DNA from: the human T2T-CHM13v2.0 reference genome, Homo sapiens
Reading direction: 5' to 3' (one strand)
Assembly: GCF_009914755.1 (NCBI RefSeq)
Contig: NC_060926.1
Length of the DNA: 64,000 bases
In this document: piece by piece, positions 52,401-64,000 of the stretch
Layout of the letters: the number at the start of each line of letters is the position of its first letter
Numbering within the stretch: position 1 is the first letter of the stretch
Notes under the pieces: generated by a model
What the model was told of the DNA's origin: nothing
Databases searched by the model: none
What the model saw: only the letters and a program-made list of their open reading frames with translations
Translations under genes and position numbers: made by a program

Positions 52401-55258
52401 TTTTTGAGATTCTCCTGTTCTCATCTCTTCATACATATCACCCTTCCTTCCATTGAAGCTACCATGTATATTCCCCACATTCTCTCCATTTTCTCTTGCA
52501 GGTTACTTTGGGGGAATTCAAGACACACTAGAATTAAGCATATCTTAGATCACTCCCCTCCCCTGAGGACTCCCAGTCACTTTCTGGCCTATGCTCTTCA
52601 AGTACCAAGGCCTGGAACAATATGGATTTGCCCCCTTCCCCTGAGTCAGACCAATATAAAGCTGTCACTGCTGCTTCCCGTCTTGCTTTCTGCACCAGAC
52701 CCCTTTCCCTTGCTTTATGGGATCCTCCCCTTTACCTCCTCTGGAATATTCCCTTCTCTCAGTCTTCCTTCTCCTTAGGGGACCCTTTCTGTTGTCCTGT
52801 GTTTCCCTTGGGGATCTCCACTCCCACAAGTAAGTATCTTCCAGGATATCCTGGAAGTAAGGCTTCTGGACTTCCTTTCTTCCTTTTACTTATTCCTGCT
52901 CAAGAGAGAAAGTGGTAGCATTGGAAGAAAAAACAAAAAGAAGAAAAAAAAACCAGAAAAACGGAAGAAAGAGAAAACAGTGCATGGCCCATTTGTCTCT
53001 CATCCGGCCTCTTTCCTGGAGGGCTTTACTCTGCCCTCTTCCATGGGGGAAGCAGCTTGGGGCCAGAACATGAATGCCCCACTGATGCCCAGATAGGACA
53101 GGTAGGGCACGGACATTCCTGGCAACCTGCTATTCTATGCAACATATACTTTCCCATGGTATAAGTCAGCCCATGGGCTAGAAGGGGTTGGGCACAGGGA
53201 AGTATGGGGAAGCTAAATTGAGACTGCACTTGCCAATTGGGTATAAATCCAGTTTCATTAATAATAAAGCTGATATTTGACCTCTGTCTGGTTCCTATAC
53301 CTATCTTCTCAAATAGGTTAAGAGAGGGGTGAAGTGTGGCAAATTTGTTGCTCCCATTAAAAGAACAGCAATTGTACTGTAATTATAGACAGTGGTTAGT
53401 GGTCCAAATTATTGGTCCTCTTAAGATGCCTGCTGTTTTTTCAGTTAACAAATAAAATTTCAAAAAACAGAAACACAGGATAACATAAGTGGTCCACCAT
53501 TCCATCACCTAAATTGCTCTTAAAAAAATTAAAAGCAATGATCATATATGAAGGTCAAAAACATTGAAACAGAACAGAAAAGGTATAAAAAGTAAAAATC
53601 TGACTTTCTTTGCCCCCAGCACTCTCCCCTCCTTCTCCCTCAATTTGTCAAGTGCTTATATATCCTTTTATTTGAAGTGTTATGCATATCAGCATACATA
53701 ATAGACACTTTTATTCCTTCTTTTTTTCCCTCATTTACAGAAGATAATTGGCTTTTCATTTTAACAGCTGAAAGGCCCCAGGTGCAGAGTGGCTGGGGCG
53801 GAGGAGTCTGAAGGCTTCTATCCCCCACTCCACCCTCTGCCATGGCTCCCCTGGCCCCATAAAGGTTTCACCCCTATTTTCTAGGTGTTCTTACGACCAC
53901 ACCCACCCAATTCCCTCTGAGAAAGTGGCTCAAAATAAAATACGTCTTAGGATAGCTACATGAGATGGCGCCATTGGGAGAAGCTGGCGAAGCTCCTGTG
54001 TAACACGATATGCCGGATACTAACACCAGCCCCTCGCCTCGGTGGCTTCGATGGGTTCTGCTGGCCAAAGTTGTAACATCAGCCAGTTCTTGAAATGTTT
54101 TAGGAAGCGTTTGATTTTCTTTAAAAGACAAAACCATGTTTTCCAATAAAGCTAACTGCAGTGAACTTGGAATGTTACCACTTGATCTGAAGCATTTTTT
54201 TTTTAATAGTTAAGCTTCTACCCGCTTTTTAAAAATCAAAACTAAACCATAAAAGTACATAAATATTTAATTTCACAGAGAAAGGTATGGCTCTCCAGAT
54301 GGGGAGTCTGTCCAATTCATGATCTCAAGCATTTTATGGCAACACTTCCCTGTAAATCAAATTGGTGGCAAAAATCCAGCTGCATACTCAAGTGTTTTGT
54401 CACATTCCTGATCCCAGAATTTAATTTCTCATGTGGAAGTTTGAGCCAAAGGTATGTCCCAACAAATCCCTACAGAGGTTGGTTGAGAGGCTGACATTCC
54501 TGTCCCTCTTCACCTTCACTTACTCATGGAAGTCTGGGGCCAGGGCAAATGGAAGCTGTGAGCTTCAGGGACCCGCTCGACTTGACCTAGGGTCTACCCA
54601 GTCAGGCACAGCAAGAGAGGCTCCTCCCAAGCCACCATGCGGTACTGCTTCCCATGGTCATTCTACATGCAAGCTTTTGCTTTGAATGGATGTATAAAGA
54701 CAAAGCTACTCAACCCAAAAAGATAGTAATGAGCAAAAATCCTGGTAGCCTAGTGATCAGATCCAGCCCACAATGGTTTTTTGACATATATACTACTTTC
54801 ATTTTGCCCATATTTTTTTAAAATCAGGGGACTTCAAATAAAAATTCAGATTTCTAGCTTCTCTTGAAAAACCAAAAGATCTGGCGACAGGTTCTGCAAC
54901 TCTCTTGAGCAGTATTTGGCTGGAGATGAATGGCAACTGCCCCTTCAGATAGGGTCTATACTTTCTATGTCACCACAGTTCCCACCACTCTCTAGTGCCT
55001 TATACTGTGCCTTCCTCACTCACTGACATTACCAGGCTGACTCCCAGGGGCCATCTTTATGACTCCTGCTCTCTGACTTTTCCTTTGCCAACATCTGCTT
55101 TGGGGGCAGGGATCTCCTATCACCCCTCCACCCTCACCTGATTCCCCATTCTCTAAATTCTTGGTGCCCTTAATATATGATATACCCAGTCATTACCTGT
55201 GTCATCTACTGTCCTTCCTTTTGTTCAAGACAACAAAAACAAAGGAATGTCTCCTTAC

Positions 55259-55415
55259 AGCCAACTCTGTGTTCCACCTAAAGGATGCAGTTTCCATCAG
55301 CTCTTAGGGACTGATAAATCTGTCTTTTCCCCAGTCCCACCCAGTCATGTTGATTTCATAGTCAATAATAAGAAACTGGTGTGTTTTCTTTTTGGAGATG
55401 ATCTTCAATAATTTT
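55259..55415 (-). other. KLF7: Candidate 157-nt cassette exon carrying a premature stop (KIIEDHLQKENTPVSYY*)
   Basis: Acceptor ...atttttaattttttctcctcag|AAAATT (AG at 55417-55416). Donor GCT|gtaagg after 55259, or the stronger CAG|gtaatg after 55197. In phase 0 a TGA falls at 55364-55362. Confidence 0.5.
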
Positions 55416-58400
55416 CTGAGGAGAAAAAATTAAAAATCTGTTAAAAGCAACACCCCCACTCAGCGCTGTCACTCTCTCTCCAGGAGGCTCTGCCTTTGTC
55501 TTCTAGACTAGCCATACATTTTTCTAGCACTTATCACTGCTGAGGTTCAGCAGGGGTGCCAGACTAACATAGAGAAAGGGGCCTCCTGGGCCCATATCCC
55601 AGGCTTGCCCATATCTGCTCTACTGGCAGCACTGTTAGTAGTCCAAGAAATCTCTGATGATCCATCCCGGCTGACTCCTGTGCTCACACTCTGCTCAGCG
55701 GTGGTGCTGTCCACTGTTGATAAGGCACTCCTGCCACAGTTTTGGCAACAGGAAGACATCGGGAGAGCCTCTCACAGACAGAGCTGCAGATATGCCTTCA
55801 TTTCAACCAGTACTCTAGGTAAGGCAGTATGAGAGTGCAGCTTTGTACCTGACACCTGGGCTCCCCAATCCTTGTCAGTATGGCACCTGTCTTAAGCAGG
55901 ATGTAAATCTCAACATATTCATTTGAAGAGTTCACAGGGGCTTGGCCAACACAGTCAATGTGGTCCTCGGGTCTGAGTTCAACCTTCCTTCCAAGCTGCA
56001 GTAACCTTCTACCAACTTTATCCTGGGCTAGGACAAGAGTCTGCATCTCCAAGAGCAACATACTGCTCTGTCATTCTGACCCCAGTGTGCCATAAACTAG
56101 GAGGCTTCCATGGACGTAGACATATAGGTAAGTCCAGGACTTCCTATCCAGGTAAGTCCCCGTCTTCTTATTATCTAACAACATGTGACAGTGTATTGTT
56201 AATGAGTCACTGTAGCCACACAGATGTCTACTTTCAGAAGCAAATAGTCCCCAGAATTCTCAGTTTTACCCAAAACCCAGACTTCCTTCATCCCTGAATA
56301 CCACTACCACCCTCCCCCACAACCACACACACATACAGACATATACAAATGCACATGATTGTTTCATGAATGTGGTAAAATACAATTGCTAAGAATGTAT
56401 TTTAAAAACTAAAGAGAAGCATATTATATCTATCCAATAGTTATACAATACTGTATTCCACAGACTAAGTTTACTTTGCAAAATTTAGCTTAAAGCAAAC
56501 ACACATGAATACACACGAAATAAATTACAAAGTTTTACGTCCCCATTTAGACAACCAGTAGGAAATTTTTCAAAGTACCACAATTAAGGTTCAAGTAACA
56601 GCCCCACTGGAACAAATAAAAAGTCACTAAGTTCCTGCTCGGAAAACTGAATAGAAATCATAAAGAGGAAGAAAGCCAACAAGAAGCGATAGTTTAAGGC
56701 TTGAAACAAAAGCCTCCCCCACTGCAGAATAGAAAACAATTACACCGTACAGCATGTAACAGTTTACAAAGCACTCTCACATCCATATAGCATTTGATTA
56801 GAGCAATCCTACTATCATAAGCCCTGCACTTCATATGGGAAATATAATTTAATAATTTGCTTTGTTTTATACTGATAAAGTCAGGACTAAATTCCAGGTT
56901 TTCTGATGCCAAATCCCTTGAATTTTCCACGACACCGGTATTTTTCAAACTTCAATTTCATTTCACCTTCACGGATTTTTACCAAATCAGCATTCCATCT
57001 GTACAATCATTCCCCTATTGTTTTCATTTTTACTTGCCTCACTAAGGCATTATATATTAAGGCTGCATGTGTTTTAAATTCTTTTCCTGCAAATGTTCAT
57101 TAATAGAAGATAATCATAAAATTAAAAACAACAAAATCAAAACAATATTACAAACTTTCAACTGGAGGTTTGCCTGTCAAAAGCTCTGAGTGTAAGACCT
57201 GTTCTCTTTATTAAAAAAAAAAAAAAAAAAAAAAAGGAAGAAAGGAAGGGAGGGAGGGAGGGTGAAAAGGAGGGGTGAGGAGAGTTTACCAAGCCTTAGA
57301 GAGGCGTTAAAGACATGGCACCTCAAAGCTGACTGTCTCCTTGAGTTAAAAGGACTGAAAGAAAACAGCAATGGGAATAAAACTGCCTCCCGAGGTAATT
57401 CTGTGTTATCAACACTGCACTTATGAAGCCCTGTGGAACTCAGCCCACCCTTCGAGAAGCAGTTCCCTCAGCCATGTTGCACCATGCCTTGTGTTAACAT
57501 GTGAATATGTTTAAAATATTGCAAGGAGGCTCACAATTCTTGAGGGTCCAATACTGGCTTGGGCTTAAATAATGATCTCTGAAGCTCAGGCCAGTTATCC
57601 GCAAATTGAGGAGGGCAGGGGGGAGGGATCGGAAAGAGATGTCTAATACTCCTCAAGTTCTGATATTTGTGAAGTCCTAGTCTCTATAAATATGGGGCAT
57701 AAAAAAGAGCTCCTGGGTGCAAAAGCTGGAGGAAAAAGGCAGGCGCATCTTGGGTAGGAGGACAACTGGTTTGCATTCTGGTTCTCTTTTGCAGGGAAAA
57801 CTGTGCAAGGACATTCTATGACCACATAATGTCTGCCTTTCCCTTTCTTTTTCTCTCTCTTCCTTTTTAGAAATATTTTTCAGAAATATTTTAATAGTAG
57901 CTAATTCACACAGTCAAATAGTCATTGGTTTTGAAAAATTTTACACACACACACACACACACACACAAAATAGTAATAATCTTGGGCCTTTATTTGGCAC
58001 TCAAAATTTTTTAAAAAGAAAAAAAAGTAATCGGAGATTGGAAAAATGGAGGAACACCCAGCAGCAAGTAATTTTTTTAAATGGCTTTTTTTAATCAGGA
58101 AAAGAATGACCCTAAAAATCACCATCTGGTCAACCTAAATGATATCCTTAGTAATGTAAGAAAGCCAATATAAAAGAAAACACTTTTTAAAAACACCCCT
58201 AATGTAGAATAGCATCCTAAAAGCATTAGAAAAGGAAGGCCAAGTGCCTTGCTGGCAGTATTTGAGTGCCAAGGGTAGGAAGAAAACACATTACTTGATT
58301 CTCAGGAAAGTACTTTATTATAATACCCTGGACTTTTTCACACAAAAAGCATCACTTCCTCAGTGAAACAAGTCATATAAAATCCACTTCCACAAAAAAA

Positions 58401-61400
58401 TAAGCAGTTACAGCGGTTAATGGAATTCTCTACAACATGCTTCTATGTCAGACTAAGAAAACTAAGAACTGGTTACATGTTTTTCTTACACACACACACA
58501 CACGCGGAGTTTTTACTACAACTGACCAGCTGGGTCTCTGGGAGTGGCAAAAGAAACTGTGACAATAGCAGGCTTTTTTGTTAATGAGGGATGTCTGATG
58601 GGAAAAAAAAATTGTTTGGTATTGTCTCATTTTACTCCCACTTAGACCAAGAGGCTGCATGCTCAGGAAAATCAGTCAGTTTCCAAATTGGAAAATGTTA
58701 CAAATACCAATAAGGAATGAACATGCTCTAGAGCAACTGCTAAGCCCAGGCAGGGGGAGGGGTGAACCAGATGGTCTTTTCCATCCCAGATTTCGATGAT
58801 CTACAACAGAACCTGAATGACTAGGAAAAAGTGAGATGCGATTTGGAAATTGCTTTATAAAATAGAATCCCAAACAAAGACACTCAACAAGGCAGAGAAA
58901 TCTAAAAGGAAATGAAAATGGTTCTGGGTGAGAGCAGAAAGCAAGCCAGTTTGAGACTGTGATTGATAAATAAAGCTTGTCCCCAAATCAGAACATTTTG
59001 GAGCGGAAGGTGCCTTAGAGAGATGCTAGTCACAAGCCCAAATGCATGCTCACTGGGCCAGAGATCAGAAATTAAGCGAGGTGGAAATAGTGGGGACAGG
59101 GTTAATTGAAGAGTGCACGATCTGTCTAAAAGCATTCAAATTAAAGGGAATTGAAATATGCATGCCGGCCAAATAAAACACATCTTCAAGCCAGTTCAGT
59201 CTAGGAGCTTACTGTTTGTATGTCTGATAATCTCACTGTTCCTAAATCTACCTACACTGTTCACATGAGGAAACTGAGGACTAGAGAAGTCACATCATTT
59301 GATGATAACCACAGAGCAGCGAGTGTATACAGCAAAGCCAAAGTGCTAGGATTATGTTACACACCGAGATGATGTTAAACAACAGCAAAAATAAAAATGA
59401 CATTAACCCAAAGTCCTCCGCACACCTTTGGTTCAGGTATACTCAGTTCACATGGTTTATTCTTTTAAGAACAAATTAAATTATCATCTAGTTAAACACA
59501 AAGCTAGTGAGAACTGGGGGAAGAAATAGAGGGAGGTCGTACTAAAAAAGAAAAAACAACAACAATGAAAGGTTCAGAGTCAGACATTTTGTTTCTCAAA
59601 AACAATAGTTAAATTTATAGTTAAATTTACTGCCCTGAGTCAGACATGGCAAACAGAGCTGATTTTACAGAGAGGTAAAGTGAGACACTTACCATGGCTG
59701 TGTCATGGTTTATTTTGTAATATATTTTTTAAAGTTAGGTGTTCAAGTTTCCTTCTAGATGCTTCTCAAAGAGCAAAGTGAGAAAAATAACTTCCATTCC
59801 TGGTATTGGCTATTAAGAATCTTTTTTTTTTTCTTAAGTGTAATTCCAGGGGAAAAAAAAACCTCAGTGAGATATATCAAGTAGTGGAAAATCTTTGCAG
59901 GAAAATCATGAAGTAGAGAGAAAGATGAGAACATCCTCCCTTGGGGCAGCTGGAAAGAGACTAGACAAAGAACTGAAAAGTTCCTTTGGGGAGCCCACCT
60001 CCTGTTAGCCAATGGGACTTTCCTTCCCTGGTTTCTCTGTAGCTAAGAAAACACAAATATATAATCTACAGAAGGAGAGAATGCAGCCTTCACACAGGGC
60101 TGGCATCTCTGAAATAAATCTCTCCATAGGTGCTAGGCTAAACCTTAAATATGAAGATATAATCTTTTGAGTTTTATAGCAGCATATGCATGATTCTTCC
60201 CCTCCCCCATAAAACTCTCAACAGGAACAACCACATCAAATTATTGCTTTTCAGAGGCCAATTCAAAAACACCCTACTTTATCACAGAAAGAATATTCCT
60301 TATGTATGTGAGTGCTTCCATTATGTCTTATTTGAAGGGGGAAAATGAAATAAAAATCCGATCTGAGATATTTATAGATCTCATAAAACCTGATTCACTC
60401 TCATAAGCTGCAGTAAGCTCAGTCATCAGGTAAGGCAGAAATGGCAGGTGTAGTAACCGGCACTGTATTATGTTATATATGCCTAATTCTGGCTCTTAAA
60501 AAAAATAACTGCATGCTAGAAAAACATAAGATACGTAAGTCATAAGTCAGACTGGACAGAAAGAAAGGGGAAGAGATTGGACATTTGCATGAACAAGCCA
60601 AGCAAATTCCAAGGATGTCAAACTAGGCCCAGTTTCCGGGCACAAAGGGTATTGCTAGTCCTCCCCCAGTTCCAAGCACAAATTACTTAATGAAAGTTTC
60701 CCTTGTGGATGGATAAAAGGTATACCATATCCAACGCCCAGCATTCCGCTTTCCCCTGCCTTCCATCATTTATTGTCTCTTGGGCATTCCAGGCTCACTG
60801 GGATCTTCAAGACACGAAAGACACCACTGAGAGAAAGAGCATTGTGCCTCTGTGTATTATTATTGAGAGGAAAATGGGGAAGGAAAGAGCATTTGTTGAG
60901 TGGATGTTATGTGCCAGACACTAGGTCAGAGAGCTGATTCTTATCAGGAATTAAGAACTCCACAAATGACAAACAAGACTCAGAGATGTTAAGTGACTTT
61001 CTCAAGGTTCCACCTCTGCTTGATTTCAAATCCTTCATGTAATTTGTCTACTATGAAACACTGTGACCTTAAAAGTGCCTCGCACAGTCCAGTCCTTTTA
61101 CAGATAAGAAAACCAAAGCCCAGAAAGAAGACAGACCAATGAACTACTGGAATCCATACTGGGCCACTGACTGCCAGGTCACGACCTTTGGCTTCTGCCC
61201 TAATGTCCCCTACCTAAAGAGCAGTCAGTATAGATGTAACAATTAAGAGTGCTGGGCCCTGTTGATGCTTGGATCCCAGCTCAAATACTTCCAAGTTGTA
61301 TGATTTTAAGCAAGCCATTCAATACCTCAAATCTCAGCTTTTCCATCTGTAAAATGGGGATAAATAGAATACGCATTTCATAGAGCTGTTGTGAGCATTC

Positions 61401-63094
61401 ATTGAAATGATGGATACAGGTGCTCAAATGAGATCATCTTTAGGAAGTGTCTGATACATATGAGACAGTACTATGATGGTTATTTTTATGACAGGAAGAT
61501 TAGCCAAGTGGAAAGAGGGAAGAGAAAATTTATTCCACCAATGGTTTTTTGCAACTCATTTGCTTTGCAGCCACAGTAAGACAACTTGCTTAAGCTTCCT
61601 GTGCCCCATTTTCTCACCCCTGAATGGGAAATTCTGTAATATCTGTCTGCTCCCTAGTTAAAGAAAGAATGTGCCAATGACAAAAGACCAGGAGCAAAAC
61701 ACCCTGAGCCCTTCAGAACAAAGGCTCAACACAGATGTTTGTTACATTCTCATATGCAAACATAAAAAGACCCATCACAGAGGAAATCATCTCTTGATCC
61801 GTATTAAAGAAAAGCAAGAACCTTGAGAAGGGGAGGAGAATGTACAAATTAGGGCTGAACAATCTTGGAAGAAATGAAGTCGACTCAGGTCTGACCTTAA
61901 GCAGCATCTCATCACTCTCAGGGGAATCAGTTCTGCATAGGGCCTCACAGAAGACATCCTTCAACACCATAGTCAGAAGCTGCACTTCACTAACATGGTC
62001 TGTAGTGCCCATATGAACAAAGGCTAAAAGCTCAAAAGGCAGGGGGTGTTGGGGTGGAAAGAATCTATTTCCACTCCTTTGTATGCTGAGCAAATTTGCC
62101 ACCTCTCCAAAAATAAGCACCAATGTTATGACCACTCCATTGAATTCCTGCTAACTCGGCTCTGGAAGGTGAATGTGAGAACGGCGTCAAGAGCAGGTGG
62201 GCACTCCCTTGCAGGGCAATTGCTCCACGGCTAATTGCCGTTTTCACAGCTGGGTTGAGCTTTCCAAAAGGCATCCTTCAACCCTGAGCTCTGAGCTCTC
62301 CTGATGTTCTCTCTTGCCAACCATACCCCCATCAAAGACAGTTTACAGATGAAAGGATGTAGCTACAGGACATACAATTTTGCAAACATCACAGTTTGAA
62401 AAAGAGGCATTTCTAAGGCTTCTTTGTGAAGATCACCACACGCCCACAGTCATTACCACAGGAGCTAAGCCTTCTATGGGTGTGAAGGCAGCCTCCTTGC
62501 CGGAATGTCCTCAGCAGCAATTCTTCCACAGTTTATTTTTGCTCCTCTTACTAGAAAGATGGATCCTCTGAAATTCTTTATAAACAGAGTCTACTTCCAA
62601 ACACTGTGGTTGGTCAGTAAGAAAATGGAGAGCTGCTACCTAATGCCTCTCCAGCATCATCCAACAGATGTACATGCATGCATCCAGCCCTTTCAAACCA
62701 TGGAGCAGGCTGAGGTGAGTGGAAAATCATGGCCAAGGGCCTACTGAGAATGAATTGTTTGAAACCCAGCAAGGCTGGAGTTTAAAGCCCAACACCACAA
62801 AGTTTCCAAATATGGAATTTGACCAGGTTAAGCAAATTCCTGATGGGTCACAGGAAATGTGAGCCAAACAGACTGCCTTAGACACTTTAGGGTGAGGGAA
62901 AGCAAAGCAAGAAGGATGAAACAACACTTGGGCAGCTGCTATTAACAAAAGTGCCAGATGAAGCACATCCACCAGCATGATCCTGTTTTACTATAAACCT
63001 CTGGTCCGTGTGGATTCCAAATTACACAAGTCATTAAATATTTCAATATAAGAAGCAGGTAACCCCAACTCTGACATATCATTAAACCCTCTAT

Positions 63095-63225
63095 ACACCA
63101 ATGGCTCAATGCCTTGGCTGCATACTGGAATTGCCTGAAAGCTTTACAAACACTGATGCCCGGGTCCTTCCCAAAGAGATACTGATTTTATTGGTCTGGG
63201 GTGCAGCCACGATTGAGAACCACTG
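63095..63225. mobile_element. MER5A1-like hAT fragment
   Basis: ccttggctgcatactggaa...actgatgcccgggtcc...ctgattttattggtctggggtg...ttgagaaccactg. Confidence 0.65.
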
Positions 63226-64000
63226 AAAAAGGCATAGTCAAATCTTAAGTCATAGTCATAACATGCTCCTCAAATAACTATCGAGTGCCCACAGTGTGCA
63301 AAGCTTTCTAAGAAGCAGGTGATACATTAAAAGTTGACTACCAAAACTATACGCAAGGCATCAACTCCTTAAAGCATAAACTTAACAAGAAAAATGACAC
63401 AACAGAAAAGTAAAAAAAAAAAAAAAAAAAAAAGAAAAGCTTTATTATAACTCAAAACTGTAAAGCATCACGGGGAAGTAAAAAGCTCTGCACAAGAGTA
63501 TGGAAATCATAGCAGTTACAGTTGGCTGGTAGCAAGGGAGGGAGTTTGGCACCCATTTGAAAGTTAAGGAATGGGTGGAACTTGGACAAAGAAAATCAGG
63601 AAGGGGAGAGGGAGGAAGAGGAAAAAGGCTAAAGGAAACAACAAAAATAAAGACAGAAGCAGGAAAAGCATAGTCACTTAATTTGGATGGCATTTACTAC
63701 ATGTGAAAAGGGGGGAACTTGCAAATATTGTGTAGACCCAGTCTTGGAACACCCTGACTCTTGGAAGTTTGGCCTCATGCTATGTATAAGAGGGAGCCAT
63801 GAACAGTTTGAAAGCAGGCCACCTGGGGTGATGGTGGCAAAAAGGCAAGTCCAGGGAGGTGACAGGGATTGTGGCAAGGCAATGGCCAAGGGTGCCATCC
63901 ATGACAGGCTGATGCTAAAGCACCTCAGAAGCCAAGTCAGTGGGATTTTTCAACTAATTTTAGACTTCCGCTAATTAGATCTTTTCACCTAATTTTTTAT

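Noticed and set aside
56126-56159. Two AG|GTAAGT consensus donors 24 nt apart on the + strand
   Set aside because: Antisense to KLF7, with no acceptor or promoter evidence for an antisense exon. Best explained as a short local duplication.

Overview
Primate (apparently human) genomic DNA lying entirely inside the KLF7 gene (Kruppel-like factor 7), transcribed on the minus strand. The window holds one major coding exon (631 nt, 29990-30620; canonical exon 2, ending in zinc finger 1), about 30 kb of the downstream intron (1-29989) and about 33 kb of the upstream intron (30621-64000). Canonical exons 1, 3 and 4 lie outside. Also visible: the intronic MIR2355 hairpin (16202-16288, -), a short alternative first coding exon encoding MFPSWP (40282-40299), a candidate stop-containing cassette exon (55259-55415), and Alu, L1, L2, MIR, MLT1 and hAT relics plus microsatellites. 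The most unusual structure is a series of non-Alu inverted duplications in the downstream intron (424-634, 11426-13380, 18294-18340, 27295-27419, 29119-29312). The 29119-29312 pair forms an uninterrupted 42-bp helix only in the KLF7 sense RNA. Nearly all other ORFs in the supplied track look like chance intronic or repeat ORFs. Repeat subfamily names, old-repeat boundaries and alignments were done by eye.
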